Position numbers and translations under genes: made by a program
Shown: piece by piece, positions 26,243 through 34,059 of the stretch
Layout: each line of letters starts with the position of its first letter
Numbering within the stretch: position 1 is the first letter of the stretch
From: an uncultured Thermoleophilia bacterium
Lineage (GTDB): Bacteria > Actinomycetota > Thermoleophilia > UBA2241
NCBI GenBank assembly: GCA_963715985.1
Contig: CAVQSP010000011.1
Location: 64,001 to 128,000 of the forward strand
Direction: 5' to 3'
Length of the DNA stretch: 64,000 nucleotides
Notes under the pieces: generated by a model
Told to the model about the DNA's origin: nothing
Database searches by the model: none
What the model saw: only the letters and a program-made list of their open reading frames with translations

Positions 26243-28138
26243 TTATGCAGGGGAATCATCCTGCCCGGTGCTGCGTCCGGGCCCACTCATGGTGGTCTGG
26301 ATGAACTTGAGCGATTGCAGGTAGATGAGGCTGCGAGGGCGGCGCACGATGCGGCTCTCGGCGAGGGCCGCGACGAAGTCGCCCGGCCCGGTGAAGTCGT
26401 CGATGCCGCACATGGCGGTGCCGATGCCCGGCAGCACGTGCGAGTCGCTGCCGGCGGCGGCCGGGATGCGGTACCGCTGCGCGAACTGCTCGGCGAGCTC
26501 GTTGAAGCCGGGGAACGCGAGCCGCGAGTTGAAGACCTCCATCACGTCGAGGTCGGCCACGTTGGCGCGCAGCACGGGCGGCGCCGGGATGGTGTGCAGG
26601 CGGTCGAACGGGTGCGGCACGTAGACGACGCCGCCTTGCTCGCGGATGGCGGCGATGGTGTCCGCGAACGTCATCCCCCCGGGGATGGTGCGCTCGAGGA
26701 ACAGGCCGATGACCTCGCCCTCGCTGGACTTGACCTCCTCCCCCACGATCACGCGCACGCCGTAGCGGTCGGCGATCTCGCGCGCCTCCAGCCCGCCGGC
26801 GGCACTATCGTGGTCCGTGATGGCGATCACGTCGAGGCCCACCTCGCGGGCACGCTCGAGGATGTCGGCCACCGGCATGGCACAGTCCTTGCTGTGGTGC
26901 GAGTGCACGTGGAAGTCGGCGAACAGCTCGCGCTGCTGCCGGCGGCGCCGCGGCAGCGGCTGGCGGCGGCGGCGAGCCACCTCCTCGTACACGTCTTCAG
27001 TCTCGGCAGCCACGCGGTCCCAGTCGTAGCGGCGCACGGTGCGTGACGCCTCGTCGGCGAGCCGGCCGCGAAGTCCCGGCTCGTCGAGCAGGCGCCGCAC
27101 GGCCGCGGCCAGCTGCTTCGGCTGCCGCGGCGTGACGAGCAGGCCGTTCACCTGGTGGCGCACGACCTCGTCGTAGCCGGGCAGCCGGGAGGCCACCACG
27201 GTGGCTCCTCCGGCCATCGCCTCCAGCAGGGACACGGCCGCCGTCTCCGGGCCCAGCGAGGGCGCGCAGAAGGCGTCCGCGCGCCCGTACAGCTCGGGCA
27301 TGTCCGCGTCCGGCACGCGCCCGAGAAAGGCGACGCGGCCCGCGAACGCCGGGGGCACCAGCCGCGCGTACCGGCGCTCCTGACGGTCGGCGCCGCACAC
27401 GTCCAGCGTGAGCTCGGCCGCGCGGTCGTCCAGGTAGCGCAGCGAGCGCAACAGCACCCCGAGGCCTTTGCGGCGTGACTCGACGCCGGCGAACAGCAGG
27501 CGCAGAGGGCCGGGCTCCCTGCCGTCGCCGGCCCCGAACCGCTGCAGGTCGATGCCCGGCGGGATGACCCTGTACGCGCCCGGGAAGGTGACCGCCGCCG
27601 CGTCGCGCGTGGCCACCGAGGAGGCGATCGCGGCGTCCAGCGAGTCGAAGAGGCGACGCAGCTTGGGCCGCGTGGCGAGGAACGGCGCCGTCCGCTCCGG
27701 GTTGGCGTGGAAGGTGGCCACCAACGGGCAGCCGGCGTGGCGCAGCGCGGTCCAGCCCAGGCCGGGCACGAACGGCTCGTGCAGGTGCAGCAGGTCCAGG
27801 TCCTCGGCCTCGAGCAGGACGTCGATGTTGGCGATGAGGTCGGCAGGCGCCGCGATCAGCTTCAGCGAACGGCTCTCCCGCACCGCATACGTGGCGCCGG
27901 CGAAGAAGTAACGCGGGTACGGCTCGTCGGGCAGGAAGACCGTGTCGCGCTCACCGGTGAGCACCGCCTGGACGCGCCGGCGGGCCTCACTCACCGCCTG
28001 GCCGTCGGAGCTCGGCGCGATGACGGTGACGCGGTGGCCGCGCGCAGTGAGCCGCTCCACGAGGGACTCCACCTGGCGATTGACGCCCGAGGGTGTGGTC
28101 CACAGGAACGGCGTGAGGATGCCTATCTTGTGCGTCAT
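26243..28138 (-). CDS. PimA-like GT4 glycosyltransferase fused to a C-terminal PHP phosphoesterase
   Basis: HLHEP, PLVATFH, RRKG, E-x7-E (ETAAVSLLE) as in PimA; then DFHVHS, TDHD, GEEV, PHP, EVFN, GSDSH. ATG 28138 lies 7 nt after TACCAT. Confidence 0.88.
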   Translation of the reverse strand: MTHKIGILTPFLWTTPSGVNRQVESLVERLTARGHRVTVIAPSSDGQAVSEARRRVQAVLTGERDTVFLPDEPYPRYFFAGATYAVRESRSLKLIAAPADLIANIDVLLEAEDLDLLHLHEPFVPGLGWTALRHAGCPLVATFHANPERTAPFLATRPKLRRLFDSLDAAIASSVATRDAAAVTFPGAYRVIPPGIDLQRFGAGDGREPGPLRLLFAGVESRRKGLGVLLRSLRYLDDRAAELTLDVCGADRQERRYARLVPPAFAGRVAFLGRVPDADMPELYGRADAFCAPSLGPETAAVSLLEAMAGGATVVASRLPGYDEVVRHQVNGLLVTPRQPKQLAAAVRRLLDEPGLRGRLADEASRTVRRYDWDRVAAETEDVYEEVARRRRQPLPRRRRQQRELFADFHVHSHHSKDCAMPVADILERAREVGLDVIAITDHDSAAGGLEAREIADRYGVRVIVGEEVKSSEGEVIGLFLERTIPGGMTFADTIAAIREQGGVVYVPHPFDRLHTIPAPPVLRANVADLDVMEVFNSRLAFPGFNELAEQFAQRYRIPAAAGSDSHVLPGIGTAMCGIDDFTGPGDFVAALAESRIVRRPRSLIYLQSLKFIQTTMSGPGRSTGQDDSPA

Positions 28139-28176
28139 GGCGTTCATGGTACAGCACGCCGCCTGCCGCGAACGCG

Positions 28177-28216
28177 CGAGGGGGCGGTCAGGGCGACTGC
28201 CCTGACCGCCCCCTCG
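28177..28216 (-). terminator. Hairpin downstream of ino1
   Basis: CGAGGGGGCGGTCAGGGC-GACT-GCCCTGACCGCCCCCTCG, 18-bp perfect stem. Confidence 0.7.
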
Positions 28217-28264
28217 GGACAGCCCTGGTGCTGCGCGGCCGGCGCGCCGGCCGCGGGCGCGCCG

Positions 28265-29368
28265 CTACCCCTGGCAGACGGCGGTGGCGCCCTTGCCCTC
28301 GCCGGCGATGAACTCCTCGGTCATGCGCCGGCACTGGTCGTCGGGGTGCTGCACCGGCGGCGACTTCATGAAGTAGCTGCTGGGCGCCTCGAGCGAGCCG
28401 GCCAGACCGCGATCAAGGCCGATCTTGGCGCAGCGCACGGCGTCGATGACGATGCCGGCGCTGTTGGGCGAGTCCACGACCTCGAGCTTGAGCTCGATGT
28501 TGAGCGGCACGTCGCCGAAGGTACGACCCTCCATGCGGATGTAGGCCCACTTGCGGTCGTCCAGCCACTCCACGTAGTCGCTGGGCCCGATGTGCACGTT
28601 CTTGGCGCCCATGTCGTAGTCCAGCTGGCTGGTGACGGCATTGGTCTTGCTGACCTTCTTGCTCTCCAGACGCTCGCGCTCGAGCATGTTGAGGAAGTCG
28701 GTGTTACCGCCGACGTTGAGCTGGCTTGTGCGCTCGAGCTTCACACCGCGCTCGCGCATGAGCCGCGTGAGCACGCGGTGCACGATAGTGGCGCCCACCT
28801 GGCTCTTGATGTCGTCGCCGATGATGGGCACGCCGGCCTCGACGAAGCGCTTCTGCCAGTACGGCTCACGGGCGATGAACACGGGGATGCAGTTCACCAT
28901 GGCGCAGCCGGCGGTGAGGATCTGCTCGGTGTACCACTTGGTGGCCTCTTCGCTGCCCACGGGCAGGTAGTTGACCACCACGTCCGCCTGCGTCTCCTTG
29001 AGGATGCCGACGATGTCGGCGGTGGCGCCGGGCGCCTTCTCGATGATCTGCGAGAGGTACTTGCCGAGCCCGTCGTGGGTCATGCCGCGCACCACCTTGA
29101 CGTCCTTCTTCGGTACCTCGGCGAACTTGACGGTGTTGTTGGGCTTGGTGAAGACGGCCTCGCTGAGGTCCTTGCCGACCTTGTTCTTGTCGATGTCGAT
29201 GGCCGCCACGAACTCGATGTCGCGGATGTGGTAGCCGCCGACCACAGGGTGCATGAGGCCGGGCACGAAGTCGGTCTTCTTCGCGTTCTTGTAGAACTCC
29301 ACGCCCTGCACGAGGGACGATGCGCAGTTGCCCACGCCGATGATGGCGACGCGTACCGGGTTACCCAA
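28265..29368 (-). CDS. ino1: Inositol-3-phosphate synthase
   Basis: [48 protein letters not shown]. Confidence 0.97.
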   Translation of the reverse strand: MGNPVRVAIIGVGNCASSLVQGVEFYKNAKKTDFVPGLMHPVVGGYHIRDIEFVAAIDIDKNKVGKDLSEAVFTKPNNTVKFAEVPKKDVKVVRGMTHDGLGKYLSQIIEKAPGATADIVGILKETQADVVVNYLPVGSEEATKWYTEQILTAGCAMVNCIPVFIAREPYWQKRFVEAGVPIIGDDIKSQVGATIVHRVLTRLMRERGVKLERTSQLNVGGNTDFLNMLERERLESKKVSKTNAVTSQLDYDMGAKNVHIGPSDYVEWLDDRKWAYIRMEGRTFGDVPLNIELKLEVVDSPNSAGIVIDAVRCAKIGLDRGLAGSLEAPSSYFMKSPPVQHPDDQCRRMTEEFIAGEGKGATAVCQG

Positions 29369-29490
29369 GTTAGGTCTACCTCCACTGGCTGCGGCCGCTG
29401 TCGCGGCCGCAAGGTCAAAGCCGACTGCGGGCGCGCGAACGCTCCCGCCGGGCTCACAATGACGCGCGGCAGTATATCACGCGTGAGTGT

Positions 29491-30117
29491 TCAGGGGCGC
29501 CCGGCGTCCACGCGCCGGAGCTTGCGCATGACGTGCAGCATGCGCTGCAGCACGGTGAGCGAGGTGAGCGCGGCGAGCAGCCAGATGAACCAGACGAGGA
29601 CGCTCGTGCCTCCCAGGTCCCACCCCGAGAGCACGAAGCCGATGCCCAGACCCACGAGACGCTCCGGGCGCGACATGAAGCCCACCTTGCAGTCCACGCC
29701 CAGCGCCTCCGCACGCGCCCTCGTGTAGGAGACCATCTGCGAGGCGCCGAGGAACAGCAGAGCCCCACCCGCGGTCCACCACTGGTCCTGGCCGGCGAAG
29801 TAGATCGTCAGTGCGCCGGCCACCAGCAGCTCGGAGATGCGGTCCGTGGTCGAGTCGAGAAAGGCGCCGGCCTTTGTGGGACCTGCGCCGGCACGCGCCA
29901 CGGCGCCGTCGAGCGCGTCGCAGATGCCCGCGAGGACACCCAGAGGGACGGCCCAGACGAAGTGGCCGGTGAGCACGAGCGGCACGACGCCGGCCTGCAA
30001 CAGCAGGCCGAAGTACGTGAGCATGTCGGCGGTGACGCCGCGCTGTGCGAGCACGACGCCCACCTTGAAGAAGCCGCGGCGCGCGCCGTCGGTGTAGCGG
30101 GTCTTGAGGTTTGCCAC
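29491..30117 (-). CDS. pgsA: CDP-alcohol phosphatidyltransferase (phosphatidylinositol-phosphate synthase-like)
   Basis: DALDGAVAR...GAFLDSTTDR signature, SYTRARAE, RPER; adjacent to ino1. Confidence 0.88.
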   Translation of the reverse strand: MANLKTRYTDGARRGFFKVGVVLAQRGVTADMLTYFGLLLQAGVVPLVLTGHFVWAVPLGVLAGICDALDGAVARAGAGPTKAGAFLDSTTDRISELLVAGALTIYFAGQDQWWTAGGALLFLGASQMVSYTRARAEALGVDCKVGFMSRPERLVGLGIGFVLSGWDLGGTSVLVWFIWLLAALTSLTVLQRMLHVMRKLRRVDAGRP

Positions 30118-30118
30118 G

Positions 30119-30913
30119 TCAGCCGTCGCGCTCGCGCACGCGGACCGTCTGGAGCTCGCGAGTCTCGCCGGGCTGGAGGCTGACGGCCAGCGCCCAGGCA
30201 GCGGCCACCACGAGGACGCTGCCGAAGGCGTCCACGATGAAGTGGTTGCCGGTGGCGACGATGACCACCAGCACGAGGGCCGGGTACAGAAAGCCACCCC
30301 AGCGCAGCCAGCGCTGCCGCGCCAGCATGAAGACGACGAGTGCGATGAACAGCGCGTAGGCGAAGTGGAGGCTGGGCATGGCCGCGAACGGGTTGGCGAG
30401 CAGACCGTTCTCCAGAATGGCCGGGCGCTTGCCGTGCATGTAGCTCATGTCGACGATGCCGGCGGTGAAGATCATGCGTGGCGGCGCCGTGGGCAGGAGG
30501 AAGTACAGCAGCACGGCCATGAAGTTGATGCCGAGGAACCAGTTGCGGATGAGCTTCCACTGGCTGCGGCGCTGCGTGAACACCCAGACCATGGCGCCCA
30601 TGATCAGCGGAAGATGCAGGGCGCCGTACGCCCACACCATGAACCCCATGGCGCCGGGTATGGAGCTGACGTGGCTCTGCACCCACGGCTCCACGTAGAT
30701 GTGCATGGCCTTCTCGAGGTTGAGGAAGAAGAGGCCGTTGGCCATCGCCGTCGCCTCGCGCCCCACGACGACCGCCCGGGACACGTCGTAGACGGCGTAC
30801 AGGGCGAGCATGATGAGGCCCTGGCGGAGCACGTCTTCGCCGCCGGAGCGGGCGAACGAGAAGCGGGCGTCGTCGAGAAGACGCCCGACAGCGGGCTTCA
30901 TGCGGCCGTTCAC
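30119..30913 (-). CDS. PAP2_3 / Aur1-Ipt1-like lipid phosphotransferase or phosphatase
   Basis: PTAPPR, NPFAAMPSLH, TGNHFIVD motifs in a polytopic membrane protein. Confidence 0.85.
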   Translation of the reverse strand: MNGRMKPAVGRLLDDARFSFARSGGEDVLRQGLIMLALYAVYDVSRAVVVGREATAMANGLFFLNLEKAMHIYVEPWVQSHVSSIPGAMGFMVWAYGALHLPLIMGAMVWVFTQRRSQWKLIRNWFLGINFMAVLLYFLLPTAPPRMIFTAGIVDMSYMHGKRPAILENGLLANPFAAMPSLHFAYALFIALVVFMLARQRWLRWGGFLYPALVLVVIVATGNHFIVDAFGSVLVVAAAWALAVSLQPGETRELQTVRVRERDG

Positions 30914-31029
30914 GGTGCCGGTACTCCCGTCAGGTGAAGTGCATCATCGCGGCCCATCCCACGTACGATAGCAGAGCGATGGAGGGACGAGCAAATGGAT
31001 GGACGGCCGGAACGGCCGGCGAGGAGTGC

Positions 31030-31105
31030 TGGTGGGCCGTGAAGGATTCGAACCTTCGACCTTGGGATTAAGAGTCCCCTGCTCTACCAACTAAGCTAAC
31101 GGCCC
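31030..31105 (-). tRNA. tRNA-Lys (anticodon CTT)
   Basis: GGGCCGTTAGCTTAGTTGGTAGAGC...CT-CTT-AA...GGTTCGAATCC...CGGCCCACCA; 76 nt with encoded CCA. Confidence 0.98.
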
Positions 31106-31122
31106 ACTCGTCGCGAGGCGAT

Positions 31123-31151
31123 ATGCTACCAGCCGTCCGGGCCCTTGCCAA
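31123..31151 (-). promoter_or_regulatory. Sigma-70-type promoter for tRNA-Lys
   Basis: TTGGCA-17 nt-TAGCAT with TG extension. Confidence 0.6.
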
Positions 31152-31157
31152 ACCGGC

Positions 31158-31400
31158 TCAGTCTGCGCCGAAGACGTGGCGGCCGGCGACCGCGTACCCC
31201 TCTTCTTCGACGGCCGCTTCGATGGTCTCGAGCGTGACGGTGGCGGTCTCGAAGTCCACGGTGACGCTCTTGGCCTCGATGTCGACGCTCACCGCGTCCA
31301 CGCCGCCGATGGCTTTGACAGCGCCCTCGATGGCCATCTTGCAGTGATTGCAGGAGACGCTCGGCACGTTGAGCACCGCGTGCGTGGCTGCCATGGTCAT
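31158..31400 (-). CDS. copZ: Copper chaperone CopZ (HMA domain)
   Basis: VSCNHCKMAIE...AVEEEGY. Confidence 0.88.
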   Translation of the reverse strand: MTMAATHAVLNVPSVSCNHCKMAIEGAVKAIGGVDAVSVDIEAKSVTVDFETATVTLETIEAAVEEEGYAVAGRHVFGAD

Positions 31401-32209
31401 GCCTCCTCTGGGTCGGGCTTGCCGAGCTCCGCCAGCCGGTACGTAGCGGACCTGCCTTCGCCGTGATCGACGGTGACGCTGTCGACCGGCGCGAGGAGCT
31501 CAGTGACCTTGCCTTCCCCGCCGGGCGTGGAGATCATCGCGCCGCGCTTGGGGGCGCGCTTGCGGAACGAGAGATATACCTGGTGCTCGTACTTGAGACA
31601 GCACATGAGCCGCCCGCAGCACCCCGAGATCTTGGTGGGGTTCAGCGGGAGGTTCTGGTCTTTGGCCATGCGGATGGACACCGGCTCCTGATCGCCGGCG
31701 AAGGTGGCGCAGCAGAGGCTGCGGCCGCACGGTCCGAAGCCGCCTACGATGCGCGACTCGTCGCGGGCACTCACCTGCTTGAGCTCCACGCGGCGGCGCA
31801 GACGCTCGTTGAGGCGGCCGACGAGCTCGCGGAAGTCCACGCGCTCTTCGGCGAAGAAGGTGATGGTGAGCTTGCCGCCCTCGAAGGCCTGGCGGGCGTC
31901 GACGACCTTCATGTCCAGACCGAGCTCGTCGACGAGCTCGCGGCACACGCGCTTGGCGTCGAGCTCCTCCGCGCGGTGCCCGGCCATGCCGTCCAGGTCG
32001 GCCTGGGTGGCCTTGCGCATGAGGCGCTTGAGGCCGCGTGGCGCCTGCTCGATGGGCACGTCGTCCGGGCCCTTGACGAGGCGCCCGAGGTCGGCGCCCC
32101 GTGTGGTCTCGACGATCACGCGATCGCCGACGGAGACCTCGAGGTCTGCGGCCTCGAACTGGTAGACCTTGCCGCCGCCGCGGAACACGACACTGGCGAT
32201 CCTAGGCAC
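31397..32209 (-). CDS. ricT: PSP1-domain protein RicT/YaaT
   Basis: RVDFRELV, GPCGRSLCC, VSIRMAKDQNL, KISGCCGRLMCCLKYE; GTG 32209 overlaps the holB stop region. Confidence 0.92.
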   Translation of the reverse strand: MPRIASVVFRGGGKVYQFEAADLEVSVGDRVIVETTRGADLGRLVKGPDDVPIEQAPRGLKRLMRKATQADLDGMAGHRAEELDAKRVCRELVDELGLDMKVVDARQAFEGGKLTITFFAEERVDFRELVGRLNERLRRRVELKQVSARDESRIVGGFGPCGRSLCCATFAGDQEPVSIRMAKDQNLPLNPTKISGCCGRLMCCLKYEHQVYLSFRKRAPKRGAMISTPGGEGKVTELLAPVDSVTVDHGEGRSATYRLAELGKPDPEEA

Positions 32210-33335
32210 TTGCTGCGACCTCCTCGAAGCGCGCGAACATGGCTTGCAGTGCGAGCTTCTGGTCGATGTTGAGATACAGGTCTTTGCGCGTCCGGGCGAT
32301 GACGGCGAGCAGCCGTGCGTAGTGCTCCGGAGCAGCGACGGCCGCTTCGACCAGTTTGTCGGTACGGTCGCAGTTCCAGAGTACATCGGATGCCCCGCAG
32401 GCGACCACCCAGAGGTCGCGGACCCAGGCGGCCAGGAGATCGACGGCGTCCTGGGCGGCCACGCGGCGAAGTCGCGTGGCCTCGCGCTTGGCGCGCGCCT
32501 CGGCACGGTCCCGGTGCCACTTGAGGTCGCGCTTGTCCGAGAACTGCAGCTCGAGCTCGGACAGCTTGGCGGCGAGCTGCTCCTGCACGCGCTCATCGAC
32601 CTTCTTGACCTCGCGGTCGAGCACCTCGATGAAGGCGGAGGGGGGATCCGGCGTCTTGCCGCCGCGCTTCAGGGCGACCGCGTCGGCCGCGTACTTGAGG
32701 TAGTCCTCCCGCAGGCCCGCGCCGCGCGCGTCCTCCGCCAGACGCGCGGCGCGCTCCACGGCGCCTCCGGAGAGCCGCGCGATGGTCTGCGCCTGGACGT
32801 CCTGCAGGTCGTACTGCCGGCGCAGGTACTCCTCCACCTCCACGTCGCTGAGCGGGTGACACTCGACCAGCTGGCAGCGCGAGACGATGGTCGGCAGCAC
32901 GCGCTCCAGACGGTCGGTGACGAGCAGGAAGACCACGTAGGCCGGCGGCTCCTCGATGCTCTTGAGCAGCTCGTTGGCGGCCGCCGGGTGCAGGTGCTCG
33001 ACCTCGGGGATGACCCAGACCCGGCGCGGCGCGGCGAACGGCCGCAGGCTCAGGTCGGCGAGCACCGGCTTGACCTGCTCCTCGCGGATCACGTCGCCCT
33101 CCCTCTCGATGACGTGCAGGTCGGGGTGCACGCCGCGGCGCGCGCGCTCGCACTCCGCGCACACGCCGCAGCCGCCGCACGACGTGACGAGCGCGACGCC
33201 CAGCTCCCGCGCGAAGACCGTCTTGGCCAGCCCCTCGCGGCCGGCGAACAGATAGGCGTGGCTGAGCGAGTCGTCGCGCAGGGCTCGCGCGAAGAGCTCC
33301 TTGACCTGCCGCTGGCCCGGCACCGATTCGAACAC
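32202..33335 (-). CDS. holB: DNA polymerase III delta' subunit
   Basis: HAYLF, CGVCAEC, HPDLH, ANELLKSIEEPP, LPTIVSRCQ. Confidence 0.93.
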   Translation of the reverse strand: MFESVPGQRQVKELFARALRDDSLSHAYLFAGREGLAKTVFARELGVALVTSCGGCGVCAECERARRGVHPDLHVIEREGDVIREEQVKPVLADLSLRPFAAPRRVWVIPEVEHLHPAAANELLKSIEEPPAYVVFLLVTDRLERVLPTIVSRCQLVECHPLSDVEVEEYLRRQYDLQDVQAQTIARLSGGAVERAARLAEDARGAGLREDYLKYAADAVALKRGGKTPDPPSAFIEVLDREVKKVDERVQEQLAAKLSELELQFSDKRDLKWHRDRAEARAKREATRLRRVAAQDAVDLLAAWVRDLWVVACGASDVLWNCDRTDKLVEAAVAAPEHYARLLAVIARTRKDLYLNIDQKLALQAMFARFEEVAASA

Positions 33336-33341
33336 GGCCCG

Positions 33342-34007
33342 TCAGCTCCCCAGACGAAGGCCGGCGGCGCCCACAGCCTCGAGCGCCGCCGCCTCGACCT
33401 CTGCGGCCACGAGGTCCACGTCACGGAAGCCGTCGATGAGGCGCACCCGATCGGGATACAGCCGGGCCACCACCGCGAAGCCGGCCGCGACACGCTGCTG
33501 GAAGTCGAGACCCTCGGCTTCGATGCGGTCGGGGGCGCCGCCGGTACGGGCGAGCCCGACGAGCGGGTCCACGTCGAGGACGAGTGTGAGATCGGGGATG
33601 AGCCCGCGCAGGCCCGGCTCGTTGACGGCGAGCACGGCGTCCACGCCCAGCCCACGTGCGAAGCCCTGGTAGGCCAGGGAGGAGTCGACGAACCGGTCGA
33701 GCACGAGCACGCGGCCGGCGCGCAGGGCGGGCAGGAGCACGCGCTCGACGAGCTCGGCGCGGGCGGCCGCATAGAGCAGCGTCTCGGTCCACGGCGCGAG
33801 CTCGGCCGGGCCGTGCAGGAGTAGGGTGCGCACGGCCTCTCCGGCCGCCGTGCCGCCGGGCTCGCGGACCACCGTTCCCGGCGCATCCACGGGACCCACG
33901 GGAAGCCCGCAGGCGGCGAGGCGCTCGCAGAGCAGCGCCGCCTGCGTACTCTTGCCGCAGCCGTCGCAGCCCTCGAGCGTGATGAGCACCCCGGGCAGTT
34001 CGCTCAC
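33342..34007 (-). CDS. tmk: Thymidylate kinase
   Basis: ITLEGCDGCGKST, REPGG, DRFVDSSLAYQG; GTG 34007 with AAGGAG. Confidence 0.95.
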   Translation of the reverse strand: MSELPGVLITLEGCDGCGKSTQAALLCERLAACGLPVGPVDAPGTVVREPGGTAAGEAVRTLLLHGPAELAPWTETLLYAAARAELVERVLLPALRAGRVLVLDRFVDSSLAYQGFARGLGVDAVLAVNEPGLRGLIPDLTLVLDVDPLVGLARTGGAPDRIEAEGLDFQQRVAAGFAVVARLYPDRVRLIDGFRDVDLVAAEVEAAALEAVGAAGLRLGS

Positions 34008-34059
34008 GACGGTCTCCTTTGAGGCCACCGGGCCGGGCGGCGTCGGCCGCCGGGCGCGG

